From: a virus
Lineage: Duplodnaviria > Caudoviricetes
DNA: 35,218 nt
IMG/VR virus record: IMGVR_UViG_3300020044_005149
Coordinates: 1-35,218 of that record
Reading direction: 5' to 3' (one strand)
Part shown: positions 10,289 through 18,286 of the stretch, in pieces
How positions within the stretch are numbered: position 1 is the stretch's first letter
Layout: each line of letters opens with the position of its first letter
The notes under the pieces: model-generated
Seen by the model: the letters and a program-made list of their open reading frames with translations, nothing else
Databases searched by the model: none
What the model was told of the DNA's origin: nothing
Translations under genes and position numbers: made by a program

Positions 10289-10728
10289 GCCTAATCGACA
10301 AACTAACCGACTTTGTGGGCGGTGGACTGTTTAAAGAAGCCAAGGAATTAATCAAGGATTACTGGCCGCCTGATTTATCGCCAGAGAAGCGCGCAGAGCT
10401 AGAAGCTAAGTTGGCGGAGCTTGAACATGAAAAGGAAATTAAGTTAGCTGAACTCACGCAAGCGCAATTCCAGGTTGAAGCAGACGACAAGAAAAACGCT
10501 CGAGCAGAGCATAAGGCATCGTACATGCCAGCAATGCTTTCGCTGCTTTTAACGGCTTTTATTGCTGGTATTGTGTGGCTGTTGTTTTACGTCGAAATGC
10601 CCGAAGGCAGCAAAGAAGTGCTGTTTATGCTTCTAGGTATTGTTGTCAAAGAGTGGGGCGGTTCGATGCAATATTGGTTCGGTACAACTCGCGGCAGTGA
10701 AGAGAAAACGAGGCTACTTAACAAATGA
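10285..10728 (+). CDS. Putative holin (GTA 3TM-holin-like)
   Basis: Coiled-coil N-terminus, 'D..NAR' motif, two hydrophobic helices and a 'YWFGTTRGSEEK' C-terminal motif. Confidence 0.7.
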   Translation: MSLIDKLTDFVGGGLFKEAKELIKDYWPPDLSPEKRAELEAKLAELEHEKEIKLAELTQAQFQVEADDKKNARAEHKASYMPAMLSLLLTAFIAGIVWLLFYVEMPEGSKEVLFMLLGIVVKEWGGSMQYWFGTTRGSEEKTRLLNK

Positions 10729-10964
10729 AGCGCCTATACAACTTGCTAATCTCAATCGACCAGCTTTTTGCGGTGCTGTTATTCGGAGCCAATCCAGACC
10801 AGACCATTTCAGGCTATGTTGGCTATAAGTCAATGACAACAAGCAAAAAGCGGTATAAACTTTACGAATGGCTAATTAATGCGCTGTTTCGTCCGTGGGA
10901 GAAAAACTATTGCAGAAACGCGATTGAATACGACAGATTAAACTCAGATCATCGGAGCGAATAA
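10725..10964 (+). CDS. Conserved phage hypothetical protein
   Basis: 79 aa with an 'LISIDQL......G..PD.TIS' motif often seen near lysis or tail genes. ATGA overlap. Confidence 0.7.
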   Translation: MKRLYNLLISIDQLFAVLLFGANPDQTISGYVGYKSMTTSKKRYKLYEWLINALFRPWEKNYCRNAIEYDRLNSDHRSE

Positions 10965-11311
10965 TGGTTATCACAAGACAACAAGCAGCAACAGGCGCAA
11001 GCTCAACATTTCAGTTATTTAGTCAAAACTACACTATTCAAGCTGGCGTAGTTGGCACAGGTGCAGTCACTGCAACGGTATTGATTGAAGTAAGTAACGA
11101 TCCATCATTAGGGTGGCTCACACTAGCAACGTTCAACCTAAGCGGTACAACATCAGCAACAGATGGTTTTGCTTTTGATGCTAAGTGGACTTTCATCCGC
11201 TCTAACGTCACGGCAATCTCAGGCACAGGCGCGCAAGTAACGGTTGATGCGGGAGGTTTTAAAGATGGCTGTAAATGTGAATTATCCTATTGCTGGAAAT
11301 GCTCCAGCTAA
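10964..11311 (+). CDS. Small beta-sandwich hypothetical protein (C-terminus possibly extended by a frameshift)
   Basis: About 98 aa of Thr/Gly-rich sequence followed by an atypical Cys-rich tail that overlaps the next gene by 47 nt. Confidence 0.7.
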   Translation: MVITRQQAATGASSTFQLFSQNYTIQAGVVGTGAVTATVLIEVSNDPSLGWLTLATFNLSGTTSATDGFAFDAKWTFIRSNVTAISGTGAQVTVDAGGFKDGCKCELSYCWKCSS

Positions 11312-12809
11312 TTACGGCGAGGTTGTTTCTCAGGTTTCGTTTAATAAAAGTGTAAACCCTATTAATTTTGAGCTTCACCAAGGTCAGCCCATTGGCATCA
11401 CAAAGCCTGTTGAAAAATATGGTCAGGTTGTTGCCAACTTCCTTGCTGGTCAATGGTCTGCGGTTGCAGGCAGTCCAACTTTAACTCAAGGCTTTACCGG
11501 CTTTGATGCTAACGGCAACGTTACAGGGATAAAATCGCGGACTGGGCAAGCTGGAATGTTGCTGGTTGAGCCAACAGTTGATACAACAACGCAGATTTCT
11601 TTAGGTGCTCCATCAACCAACATCCTGACATCAACACTCAACGGAAAGATTGGCATATGGGTTTACATTCAGCCAGCAGCATCTAGCGGCAATATTGCAT
11701 TTTCAATTCAATGCGAAATGTCAACACAAGCGGGTGCAACTGGTGCAACGAACGGCTTGATGGTTCAATTTTCGCCGAACTCGCTCAGGGAGGGGTGGAA
11801 CTTTTTAACTTTTGTAATGCGGGATTGGCAGGCTTATGTGTCTGGATCAGGGGTTACAGAGCTTCATCCTGACGGACTGGCTCCAACCACTTACGGAACA
11901 GGGGCCAATGCAAATATTCTTTCAAATCCGATAACATTTATCCGATTAAACATTCAGGGTTCTGGCGCGACAGGCTCAAAGCTTTACTTTGATTCTATTT
12001 GGACTGATTTTCAATCAAAGGCGCAGGTTATTTTGGGTTGTGATGGCGGCGTAAATGATGTTGAAATTGCGCTACCTATATTTCAAAAGTATGGATGGGT
12101 CGGGTACACAGCATTTCCTTACAGGATTTGGGTTTCTGGGAGCAAGAGTATTGCAAACTTAAACAGCAATTTGACGCCAGACGGATTTACCATGTATGCT
12201 GCTGGATGGGATTTTACAAATCACACAGCCAACCATTTGGCGAACTGCTCACTAACATCGCCCGCTGAAATCGATTATGAGCTGACGGTGGCGCAGGCTT
12301 GGCAAAACTCTCTCGGTCTTGAGCGTGGTGCAGAGTTTTACGTGTCTCCGCAATCTAGCACGAGCCGATTAGCAGAGAATGTCATATCAAAGCTCGGATA
12401 TAAAATGCAAAGGCACAGCAAGCACAGAAACAATCATGTAACGCCTTTTGGCATTGATAACCCGTCCCATGTTGGAAGTTATGACATTGGCAGTAGGGGA
12501 TCAAACGCTTATTTTGCGATTACTGGCGGCGTAGGCTCTGGTGTAACTAATGGTTTTCAGCAGTTTAGCAGAATAAAAAACATGATCGATATTGCGATTG
12601 CTTACGGTTACGCAGATTTCCCGTTTTGGCACGGCATAACAACCGTTGGCGATGACGGAACAGGCGAAGGTCTGACGGGCGATAACCTGCTTATCTATGC
12701 AAGCGCATTCACAAAGATGTGCGAGTACATACGCCAAAAAGAATTGGCAGGCGAGATCGAAGTTTGTCGCGGTATGACTGGATTTTATTATGGGGTGCAA
12801 TATGATTAA
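11265..12809 (+). CDS. Polysaccharide deacetylase (CE4/NodB-like) domain protein
   Basis: ATG at 11265 with a GGAGG RBS. The C-terminal half has VILGCDGG (degenerate motif 1), GWDFTNHTANH (HxxxH motif 2) and FWHG (motif 5). The N-terminal half is beta-rich. Confidence 0.7.
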   Translation: MAVNVNYPIAGNAPANYGEVVSQVSFNKSVNPINFELHQGQPIGITKPVEKYGQVVANFLAGQWSAVAGSPTLTQGFTGFDANGNVTGIKSRTGQAGMLLVEPTVDTTTQISLGAPSTNILTSTLNGKIGIWVYIQPAASSGNIAFSIQCEMSTQAGATGATNGLMVQFSPNSLREGWNFLTFVMRDWQAYVSGSGVTELHPDGLAPTTYGTGANANILSNPITFIRLNIQGSGATGSKLYFDSIWTDFQSKAQVILGCDGGVNDVEIALPIFQKYGWVGYTAFPYRIWVSGSKSIANLNSNLTPDGFTMYAAGWDFTNHTANHLANCSLTSPAEIDYELTVAQAWQNSLGLERGAEFYVSPQSSTSRLAENVISKLGYKMQRHSKHRNNHVTPFGIDNPSHVGSYDIGSRGSNAYFAITGGVGSGVTNGFQQFSRIKNMIDIAIAYGYADFPFWHGITTVGDDGTGEGLTGDNLLIYASAFTKMCEYIRQKELAGEIEVCRGMTGFYYGVQYD

Positions 12810-13020
12810 TTGGAAAAATACTTGCTGCGCTTGGCATGGTGAATATGCGGAGGCTGAGCATGTTGATGGCGGCATGCTAAGGCTTAAGCGCGGCTTTGGG
12901 ATTGACGGAATCTTGGTTATGCACTTTTCAATATCTGGAGAGTGTTTAACTGTAAATAAAGATGGCGCACCAGATTATAAATTAATGACAGAATCCGAGG
13001 TTGAATCTATTGTAAAATAG
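12802..13020 (+). CDS. Hypothetical protein
   Basis: 72 aa from ATG 12802, GGGGTG RBS, overlapping the upstream stop. Confidence 0.55.
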   Translation: MINWKNTCCAWHGEYAEAEHVDGGMLRLKRGFGIDGILVMHFSISGECLTVNKDGAPDYKLMTESEVESIVK

Positions 13021-13037
13021 CCGCATCAAGCGGCTAT
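13017..13037. terminator. Hairpin between convergent late and early arms
   Basis: ATAGCCGC-atcaa-GCGGCTAT overlaps both convergent stop codons. Confidence 0.6.
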
Positions 13038-13463
13038 CTGTTTTGCTTCGTAGTAAACTTGCGGGCTGATACCAACTTGTTTACACGCTTCTCGTTTAGT
13101 CATGCCATTCGCCGCTAGTTGGTCAACAATAGCGGCTTTTTTCTTGTTTGATTTCATTCGCTCGATATAGCTTGGCGGCAACCCGATAAAACCTAGCTTG
13201 GCTCTGACTACTCGCACAAAGCTACGGTCAATGCCTGTGCGCCGCCTTACTTCGTGGGCGCTATAGCCTCGGCGCAACAGAATCTCTACAGTGCGCTCTA
13301 AGCTGCTATCGGCTTTCTTGTAATGCCTTACTAGCTGACCAGCTTCTGCGCATACTGCAAGCACATCCAAGCGCGTTGCGTTGAACTTCTGAGCTATAGC
13401 TGATGCACTCAATCCAGCCTTTGCAAGCTCCAGGATTAACGGCTTATCTTCTGCACTAACCAT
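13026..13463 (-). CDS. Multi-HTH DNA-binding protein
   Basis: Three HTH-like repeats: GLSASAIAQKFN, GYSAHEVRRRTG and GMTKREACKQVG. Confidence 0.75.
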   Translation of the reverse strand: MVSAEDKPLILELAKAGLSASAIAQKFNATRLDVLAVCAEAGQLVRHYKKADSSLERTVEILLRRGYSAHEVRRRTGIDRSFVRVVRAKLGFIGLPPSYIERMKSNKKKAAIVDQLAANGMTKREACKQVGISPQVYYEAKQIAA

Positions 13464-13590
13464 TTAGTTTCACCAACTTTGCTTCAGTCCGATGGTACTT
13501 GTTGCCTTTTGCATCCACCCAAGCAAAACCGTAACTTCTAACTGTAACAAGCTCGCCTGTTTTAATGATGCGAATTACTGCTGTTTTCAT
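13456..13590 (-). CDS. Small hypothetical protein (44 aa, not in ORF track)
   Basis: MKTAVIRIIKTGELVTVRSYGFAWVDAKGNKYHRTEAKLVKLNG. GGAG RBS, ATGA overlap upstream, fills the gap. Confidence 0.7.
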   Translation of the reverse strand: MKTAVIRIIKTGELVTVRSYGFAWVDAKGNKYHRTEAKLVKLNG

Positions 13591-13961
13591 GGTCTTAACT
13601 CCGACAGATCAATAGTCCGCATTGCGTTGAAGCGCTGATAAGTTGGCTTCTTCGGCTGATAACCAAAGAACTTGATACGCACAGAATGAATAACGCCATG
13701 AGGTGCGCCTGTTTCAGCAATGATTGTGTGAATATCTTCAACGCCTTGTTTTATCAAGTCATACACAGAGCGGCTCATTGTGCCTTCTTTTGGGATTGAT
13801 GGCACAATCCGCTTACTAGGGCGCGATTTAAACTTAACAGGCGAAATCTGATTAAAGTATCTGCGCATGTTGCGGATTTGCTCGATGCTGATGTCAACCG
13901 CTGCGGCAATATCGGCGTTGTTATAGCCTTGCTCGATCATGTTGTAGACGATGCGTTTCAT
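13587..13961 (-). CDS. HTH-domain protein
   Basis: 'GYNNADIAAAVDISIEQIRNMR' HTH plus a second HTH-like segment. Confidence 0.7.
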   Translation of the reverse strand: MKRIVYNMIEQGYNNADIAAAVDISIEQIRNMRRYFNQISPVKFKSRPSKRIVPSIPKEGTMSRSVYDLIKQGVEDIHTIIAETGAPHGVIHSVRIKFFGYQPKKPTYQRFNAMRTIDLSELRP

Positions 13962-14170
13962 AACTTCCGCTCCTTAATCATTGCGAAATCCAACAAATCA
14001 GCAATTCGAGGTTCATGACACAGCCTTGCCAACTCTGCATTTTCTTCAAGTGTCAGGCTGTCATCGAATCTGAATAATCCACTGCGACAGATGCCGCCAA
14101 CAGCTTGGTAAAGTTCATCCTGATTGCGCGCTTTGATGATGGCGGCTTTTGCCTCGGCTAGACCTTTCAT
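13958..14170 (-). CDS. Hypothetical protein
   Basis: 70 aa, GAGGTG RBS, ATGA overlaps on both sides. Confidence 0.7.
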   Translation of the reverse strand: MKGLAEAKAAIIKARNQDELYQAVGGICRSGLFRFDDSLTLEENAELARLCHEPRIADLLDFAMIKERKL

Positions 14171-14376
14171 TTCAACACCTCATTTAGCTTTTTTTCAATT
14201 TCAATCAAGTCTGTTAAAAGTGGCATTTCGCCTTGATAAGAAATAAAAGCCGAAAGCTCCAGTACATCCATACCTAAAGCATTGGCTATCAAATTAAGTC
14301 TGTATGGCTTTGCGGCTCTAATTCTTTCAACTACTGAAACGTGCTTGTTGTGCCTAGCCTGTTGGTAGGGTTTCAT
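14167..14376 (-). CDS. Hypothetical protein, HTH-like
   Basis: Start at ATG 14376 (MKPYQQ...) coupled to the upstream stop. 'LNLIANALGMDVLELSAF' resembles an XRE helix-turn-helix. Confidence 0.65.
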   Translation of the reverse strand: MKPYQQARHNKHVSVVERIRAAKPYRLNLIANALGMDVLELSAFISYQGEMPLLTDLIEIEKKLNEVLK

Positions 14377-14534
14377 TTTCCCTTTCTCCAAGGTTTATCA
14401 TTACCAGTGCGCAAAAACTCCGCAAAGTCTTCGCTGATTCGCGCATTTTCTTCAATGCGCTTAATCTCTTTACGTCCGATGTGGATCGTCACAGCGATTG
14501 CGACGATAGTGGCCAAGATTAAGAATTCGATCAT
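14373..14534 (-). CDS. Small single-pass membrane protein
   Basis: MIEFLILATIVAIAVTIHIGRKE... from ATG 14534 with a GGAG RBS. Confidence 0.7.
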   Translation of the reverse strand: MIEFLILATIVAIAVTIHIGRKEIKRIEENARISEDFAEFLRTGNDKPWRKGK

Positions 14535-14635
14535 TTTGCCAACTCCATAAAACTTAAATAAATAACAGTAAAAAACATTGCTACAGTGAGCAGTGTTAAT
14601 CCGATTTCGTAGGCGATACGTTTCCAATTACGCAT
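14531..14635 (-). CDS. Small membrane protein (34 aa, not in ORF track)
   Basis: MRNWKRIAYEIGLTLLTVAMFFTVIYLSFMELAK. GAGGA RBS, stop overlaps the next ATG (ATGA). Confidence 0.7.
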   Translation of the reverse strand: MRNWKRIAYEIGLTLLTVAMFFTVIYLSFMELAK

Positions 14636-14963
14636 AAACAATTTCCTCGATTTTTTCAATAGCAGCTTTCAATGCACCAACTGTTAAGTCCTGAACCCCG
14701 ATAAATAGCGACGGTTCATCATCCAGCAAAGTAACGTAAAAATGGCCGTAGCCGTCTTTGGTGTAAGTCGTTGCAACGAGGTTGTTACTCATGTTGCTAG
14801 TCGCAAAACAAAGAGCATGCAATTCACCGACCAACTGCATAATCACTGGGTTGATTTGCATATCGATTAACTTTGTGGCGCGTTCACGCTTGGCTGGCGT
14901 CCATTTTTTAACGCTGTTTGGCGACAGGTTGAACGCCTTGGCGATTTCTTTGATTGGTTTCAT
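14628..14963 (-). CDS. N-terminal HTH protein, first gene of the leftward accessory operon
   Basis: 'IKEIAKAFNLSPNSVKKW' HTH, GAGGA RBS, directly downstream of a sigma70-like promoter. Confidence 0.75.
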   Translation of the reverse strand: MKPIKEIAKAFNLSPNSVKKWTPAKRERATKLIDMQINPVIMQLVGELHALCFATSNMSNNLVATTYTKDGYGHFYVTLLDDEPSLFIGVQDLTVGALKAAIEKIEEIVYA

Positions 14964-14992
14964 TTTATATCCTCATTGGTTGACTCGAATTT

Positions 14993-15021
14993 AATATAAT
15001 ACCGATACCGATAACGGTCAA
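14993..15021 (-). promoter_or_regulatory. Sigma70-like promoter with repeats in the spacer
   Basis: Minus strand TTGACC-17 bp-TATATT. The spacer holds ACCGAT twice and the palindrome ACCG-ataa-CGGT. Confidence 0.7.
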
Positions 15022-15031
15022 GCGATAAATC

Positions 15032-15057
15032 AAAAAAAGGCGAATTATTTTTCGCCT
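15032..15057 (-). terminator. Rho-independent terminator
   Basis: Minus strand AGGCGAA-aaataa-TTCGCCT followed by a T run. Confidence 0.75.
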
Positions 15058-15590
15058 AGTTCACTCGTTAGCTGCTCAGCCCACAAACTGAGATAACTAA
15101 CCCCATCCAACAAGCTATCCTGGTGCAGTCTATCAGGCGAGCTGTACTGTCTAACCAGCTTCACCATCGTCAGCAGCAAGCAAACATCCGAGCCTGTCAG
15201 TGATTTACCCGTTGCCGCATTAAACGCGCTGGCGGCGGCTGCAAAGCTTCTTTCACCTGTACCGCTTGCATCGTATTGCTTTCCACGTTCAGATTGCACA
15301 GCAACGCAGGCGTTGAGAAATTCGACGGCTGTTTTTGGTTGGTCGTTCTGATAATGCTCACCAGTGTTACCATTCTGCGCAATCGCTGAAATCCGCTCGT
15401 CGGTTTCGGGCCATTGTTGGGGGCGCTCGCAGTAGTCTTGCTGATCTTTTCTGTTGCGGATGTTGTACATTGACTCATGCCACCAATCGTTTTCAAAATA
15501 AAGAAGATTTCCGTATTCATCTTTTTTATAAAAACAACCGCAACAATAAAACTCCGCCCCTTCAGGTGCTGTTTGCCAATCTATTTCCAT
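15045..15590 (-). CDS. DUF6378-like (MazG-like, nucleotide-metabolism-associated) domain protein
   Basis: C-terminal 'ERGKQYD....ERSF...A..FN........V..L...KLVR......H.DS.LD.V.Y' pattern and an N-terminal 'IDWQTAPEGA' module. Confidence 0.6.
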   Translation of the reverse strand: MEIDWQTAPEGAEFYCCGCFYKKDEYGNLLYFENDWWHESMYNIRNRKDQQDYCERPQQWPETDERISAIAQNGNTGEHYQNDQPKTAVEFLNACVAVQSERGKQYDASGTGERSFAAAASAFNAATGKSLTGSDVCLLLTMVKLVRQYSSPDRLHQDSLLDGVSYLSLWAEQLTSELGEK

Positions 15591-15745
15591 GTCTTCAACC
15601 CCTGTTTAATCCGCTTCAAATTCCAATCACACGCCATCTTAATGGCATCCTCAATATCTTTCTCATTAGGCTCGTCACGATTGCGCTCTAGGCATAATTG
15701 CTCTGCTGTGATTAGCTCGAATTCGGTTGGTGGTAAAGCCAGCAT
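15581..15745 (-). CDS. Small hypothetical protein (54 aa, not in ORF track)
   Basis: MLALPPTEFELITAEQLCLERNRDEPNEKDIEDAIKMACDWNLKRIKQGLKTWK. It fills the gap, and its ATG overlaps the TAA of the frame-corrected upstream gene. Confidence 0.65.
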   Translation of the reverse strand: MLALPPTEFELITAEQLCLERNRDEPNEKDIEDAIKMACDWNLKRIKQGLKTWK

Positions 15746-16022
15746 TATGCTGGCTCATAGGTTTTTGCAAAATATCTGGTTTGCACGGGTAGAATTCTCC
15801 GTTTACCCATTTAATCACAAAATCGCCAATGCTTGCAATCATGGTTCCTTCAAGAGTTTTAATGTGTAAGCCTGAAGGGTTTTCTTTTCTCACAAATCTA
15901 TACTCATTTGTGTAGGTTCTGTATCCCTCGTGCGCATAGCCGATAAATCTTTCAACTTCTTCAAAATTGGATTCTGTTAGCTGAACAGCTTCTATTACTA
16001 CTGGTTTTTTGCGATAAAACAT
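15745..16022 (-). CDS. Conserved phage protein (RKKPVVIEA...PCKPDIF.KTYE family) with an apparent frameshift near the 3' end
   Basis: The family C-terminus KTYEPA* is in the -1 frame after 15772. Frame 0 runs on to 15675. Confidence 0.7.
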
Positions 16023-16058
16023 ATTTTCTCCAAAGCGCCCGAAGGCGCTGCTAGTTAA

Positions 16059-16586
16059 TTAAATACAGTGCAACAAGCGCTTGCAGCTTAATCCGATTGG
16101 AGCAAAGGGAATGTCATCCTCGAAGTCTGGCGAATTCTGATAGCTGCTGTGGTTTTGTTGCGGCGGCCGTCCGATCATCGGCTGGTAACCTTGTGGCGGC
16201 TGCTGGCGCTGTGGTGCTGGTTGTTGTGGTTGGCGCTGTTGCTGTTGCGGCTGCTGTGCTGGCGCTTGTTGTGGCGCATTAACAAAGCCTAGCTTTGCAT
16301 CAAGCAATTCGATTGACAGGCTCAAGCCGTTATTGCCTTGGAATTGTCTAATCTTCAACTTTTCGCCTGACACCTCAACGACAGCGCCCTCAACCAGGAC
16401 TTGCTGGTAAAATTGCACTTGCGCCGGAGCTTTGGCGAAAATTACTGCTTCGAAGTTGGTCCAAGCATCTGACTTTGTTTCTCTATCATAAAACTTCACA
16501 CCTAAGCGAATGCCGAAGCCTGTTGACTCGACTGCTTGGAATTGTGTTGCGGCTTTGTTTAGTTTGCCGACGATTGTTGTTGCCAT
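16059..16586 (-). CDS. ssb: Single-stranded DNA-binding protein
   Basis: OB-fold N-terminus, Gln/Pro-rich linker and 'DFEDDIPF' acidic tip with a short extension. Confidence 0.9.
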   Translation of the reverse strand: MATTIVGKLNKAATQFQAVESTGFGIRLGVKFYDRETKSDAWTNFEAVIFAKAPAQVQFYQQVLVEGAVVEVSGEKLKIRQFQGNNGLSLSIELLDAKLGFVNAPQQAPAQQPQQQQRQPQQPAPQRQQPPQGYQPMIGRPPQQNHSSYQNSPDFEDDIPFAPIGLSCKRLLHCI

Positions 16587-16595
16587 GTTATATCC

Positions 16596-16790
16596 TTACT
16601 CTGATAAGTGATTGTCGATAAATTTCATTACTAAAATGCAAGCGCTTTCTATATCTTCGGCGGCAAACTCGCAATTTGCGGTCGTTAAGTTTGTTCCTTG
16701 CAATGTTGCAGGATCAATTACTCCGCGCCTAACCTGATAAATAATATCGTCTAGCTCATTTATAACTTCTTCAAGCCTTTCTCTGTACAT
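16596..16790 (-). CDS. Hypothetical protein
   Basis: 64 aa acidic helical protein, GAGG RBS. Confidence 0.65.
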   Translation of the reverse strand: MYRERLEEVINELDDIIYQVRRGVIDPATLQGTNLTTANCEFAAEDIESACILVMKFIDNHLSE

Positions 16791-16823
16791 ACGGCCTCGC
16801 AGGGGCGCAACGCGCCCGATTAA

Positions 16824-17423
16824 TTAAAGTTCAAAATTATCGTCTTGGTCTGCTTCAACTACGACAGGCGCGACAGCTTCAAGCTGTGCAAGCTGGTCCT
16901 GTGATAGCTGGCCAGTTTGTTGGCACTTGGCGATCACTTGCTGTAATGTCATTTCGCCTTTCTGCATTAGCTCTGCCATCTTCGGTAATGCTGCGGTGAA
17001 GCGCTCCGCAGGATAGGCAGGCTGCGACACATCCAGGCAAGCAATATGCAGCGGAACGCGCTGTTGACGGTTGATTGCTTCAACCACAACGATGCCGCGT
17101 TGGTCGATATGTGACATAGCCTTGACGCGAATACCGCCAACTTCCTTGCCTGCATACTTAACTGACGCATCGAAATGCAGTTTAACAAACTTGCCGATCC
17201 AATCGTTAGACTCCCAACCCCAACCAGCAGCGATAACTCGTCGCATGCCTTTGCTTGGCTTCCAAGGTCGGTTGTTGTCGCCGTCAAAGTAGACAGCAAC
17301 AGGTTGATCTTTGCTGCTGCCAACAACAACGTCACGAATACGGATAACCAAATCAACGCCCATGATGTCGGTCGCGTTTAACTGGTCCGACTTTGCTTCT
17401 AGTGTTGCTCTTACATCTGCCAT
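16824..17423 (-). CDS. Conserved phage protein (KSDQLNA motif), putative recombination / annealing partner
   Basis: Start at ATG 17423 coupled to the exonuclease stop. It lies between the RecE-like nuclease and SSB. Confidence 0.65.
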   Translation of the reverse strand: MADVRATLEAKSDQLNATDIMGVDLVIRIRDVVVGSSKDQPVAVYFDGDNNRPWKPSKGMRRVIAAGWGWESNDWIGKFVKLHFDASVKYAGKEVGGIRVKAMSHIDQRGIVVVEAINRQQRVPLHIACLDVSQPAYPAERFTAALPKMAELMQKGEMTLQQVIAKCQQTGQLSQDQLAQLEAVAPVVVEADQDDNFEL

Positions 17424-18268
17424 TAGAATGACTCCTGTAGTTCTGGATCTGCTGCCCAATATGGCAGGGTAATATATTCAACGTCGCCTGCTGGCATCGG
17501 CCAGTTGTCGCTGCTCAAGCATTCTGCGTACAGGTCAAGCGCTTCGCGGTACAGCTTGCGTCCATAGTCAATAGATGGCGTGTCAAGCACAAACACGCGG
17601 CTTGCGTTTGGTGCGTCTTTCTCGACTGCTAAGAACTCAAAGCCCTTCAGTTGCTCACCTGTTGACCATTCAAACACGTCTGCATAAAACGCTGCTTGCA
17701 CATGGTAACGATAGTTCGCAACTGACTTGGCAAAGTCGCGCAAGTCCTGAGTTGTTTTCAGGTCAACGCTTAGCAAGTCGCTTGTCAGCTTGTCAAACTT
17801 ACACTTGACCAGTACGCCTGTTACTGGATCAGAAGCAAAGCACGCAATTTCGCACCAGCCTGGCGCATCAAGTCGTTGTTTGGCTGCGACGTTGAGTTGT
17901 AGCGCTGCTTGCATGCCTAACACTGCATCGGCTTCACTGCCAGTTAGCACGTTATCAGCGCCAAACTGCTCAACTGCTTGTTTGTAAGCGCTGCTGCGGC
18001 GGTCTGTTACATCTTTCAACAGCATGTATTGCTTGTTGAACACTTCAGGCTCAAGGATGGCGGCATGTGTTGCGCTGCCGATAACCATAGCGCGCGTTGG
18101 TTCATTTGGTGAACGGTAAGCGTAATGGGCTGGACTGCGTGCAATCAGGTCCAAGCCTGACTTGCTGATGCCAGCGTAAGCGTGATAAACGTCGTTCGGC
18201 ATGTTTAATACCAAACAGCCTTGAGCGGCAAGCTCTGGCGTCAGTTCTGAGTAGTCGATGATTTTCAT
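17423..18268 (-). CDS. RecE/exonuclease VIII-like PD-(D/E)XK nuclease (DUF3799)
   Basis: Motifs 'YHA..GISKSGLD...SPAHY', 'GSATHAAILEP', 'KCKFD......DLKTT' and 'YRYHVQAAFY'. Confidence 0.9.
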   Translation of the reverse strand: MKIIDYSELTPELAAQGCLVLNMPNDVYHAYAGISKSGLDLIARSPAHYAYRSPNEPTRAMVIGSATHAAILEPEVFNKQYMLLKDVTDRRSSAYKQAVEQFGADNVLTGSEADAVLGMQAALQLNVAAKQRLDAPGWCEIACFASDPVTGVLVKCKFDKLTSDLLSVDLKTTQDLRDFAKSVANYRYHVQAAFYADVFEWSTGEQLKGFEFLAVEKDAPNASRVFVLDTPSIDYGRKLYREALDLYAECLSSDNWPMPAGDVEYITLPYWAADPELQESF

Positions 18269-18286
18269 TTGTCAGTTTCCTGTTGT

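Noticed and set aside
15745-16022. Assignment as a known anti-defence sponge protein (Tad/Acb)
   Set aside because: The motifs do not match the Tad2 or Acb2 sequences I recall, so it cannot be supported without a search.
16190-16280. CTG/TTG-rich low-complexity tract
   Set aside because: It encodes the Gln/Pro linker of SSB.
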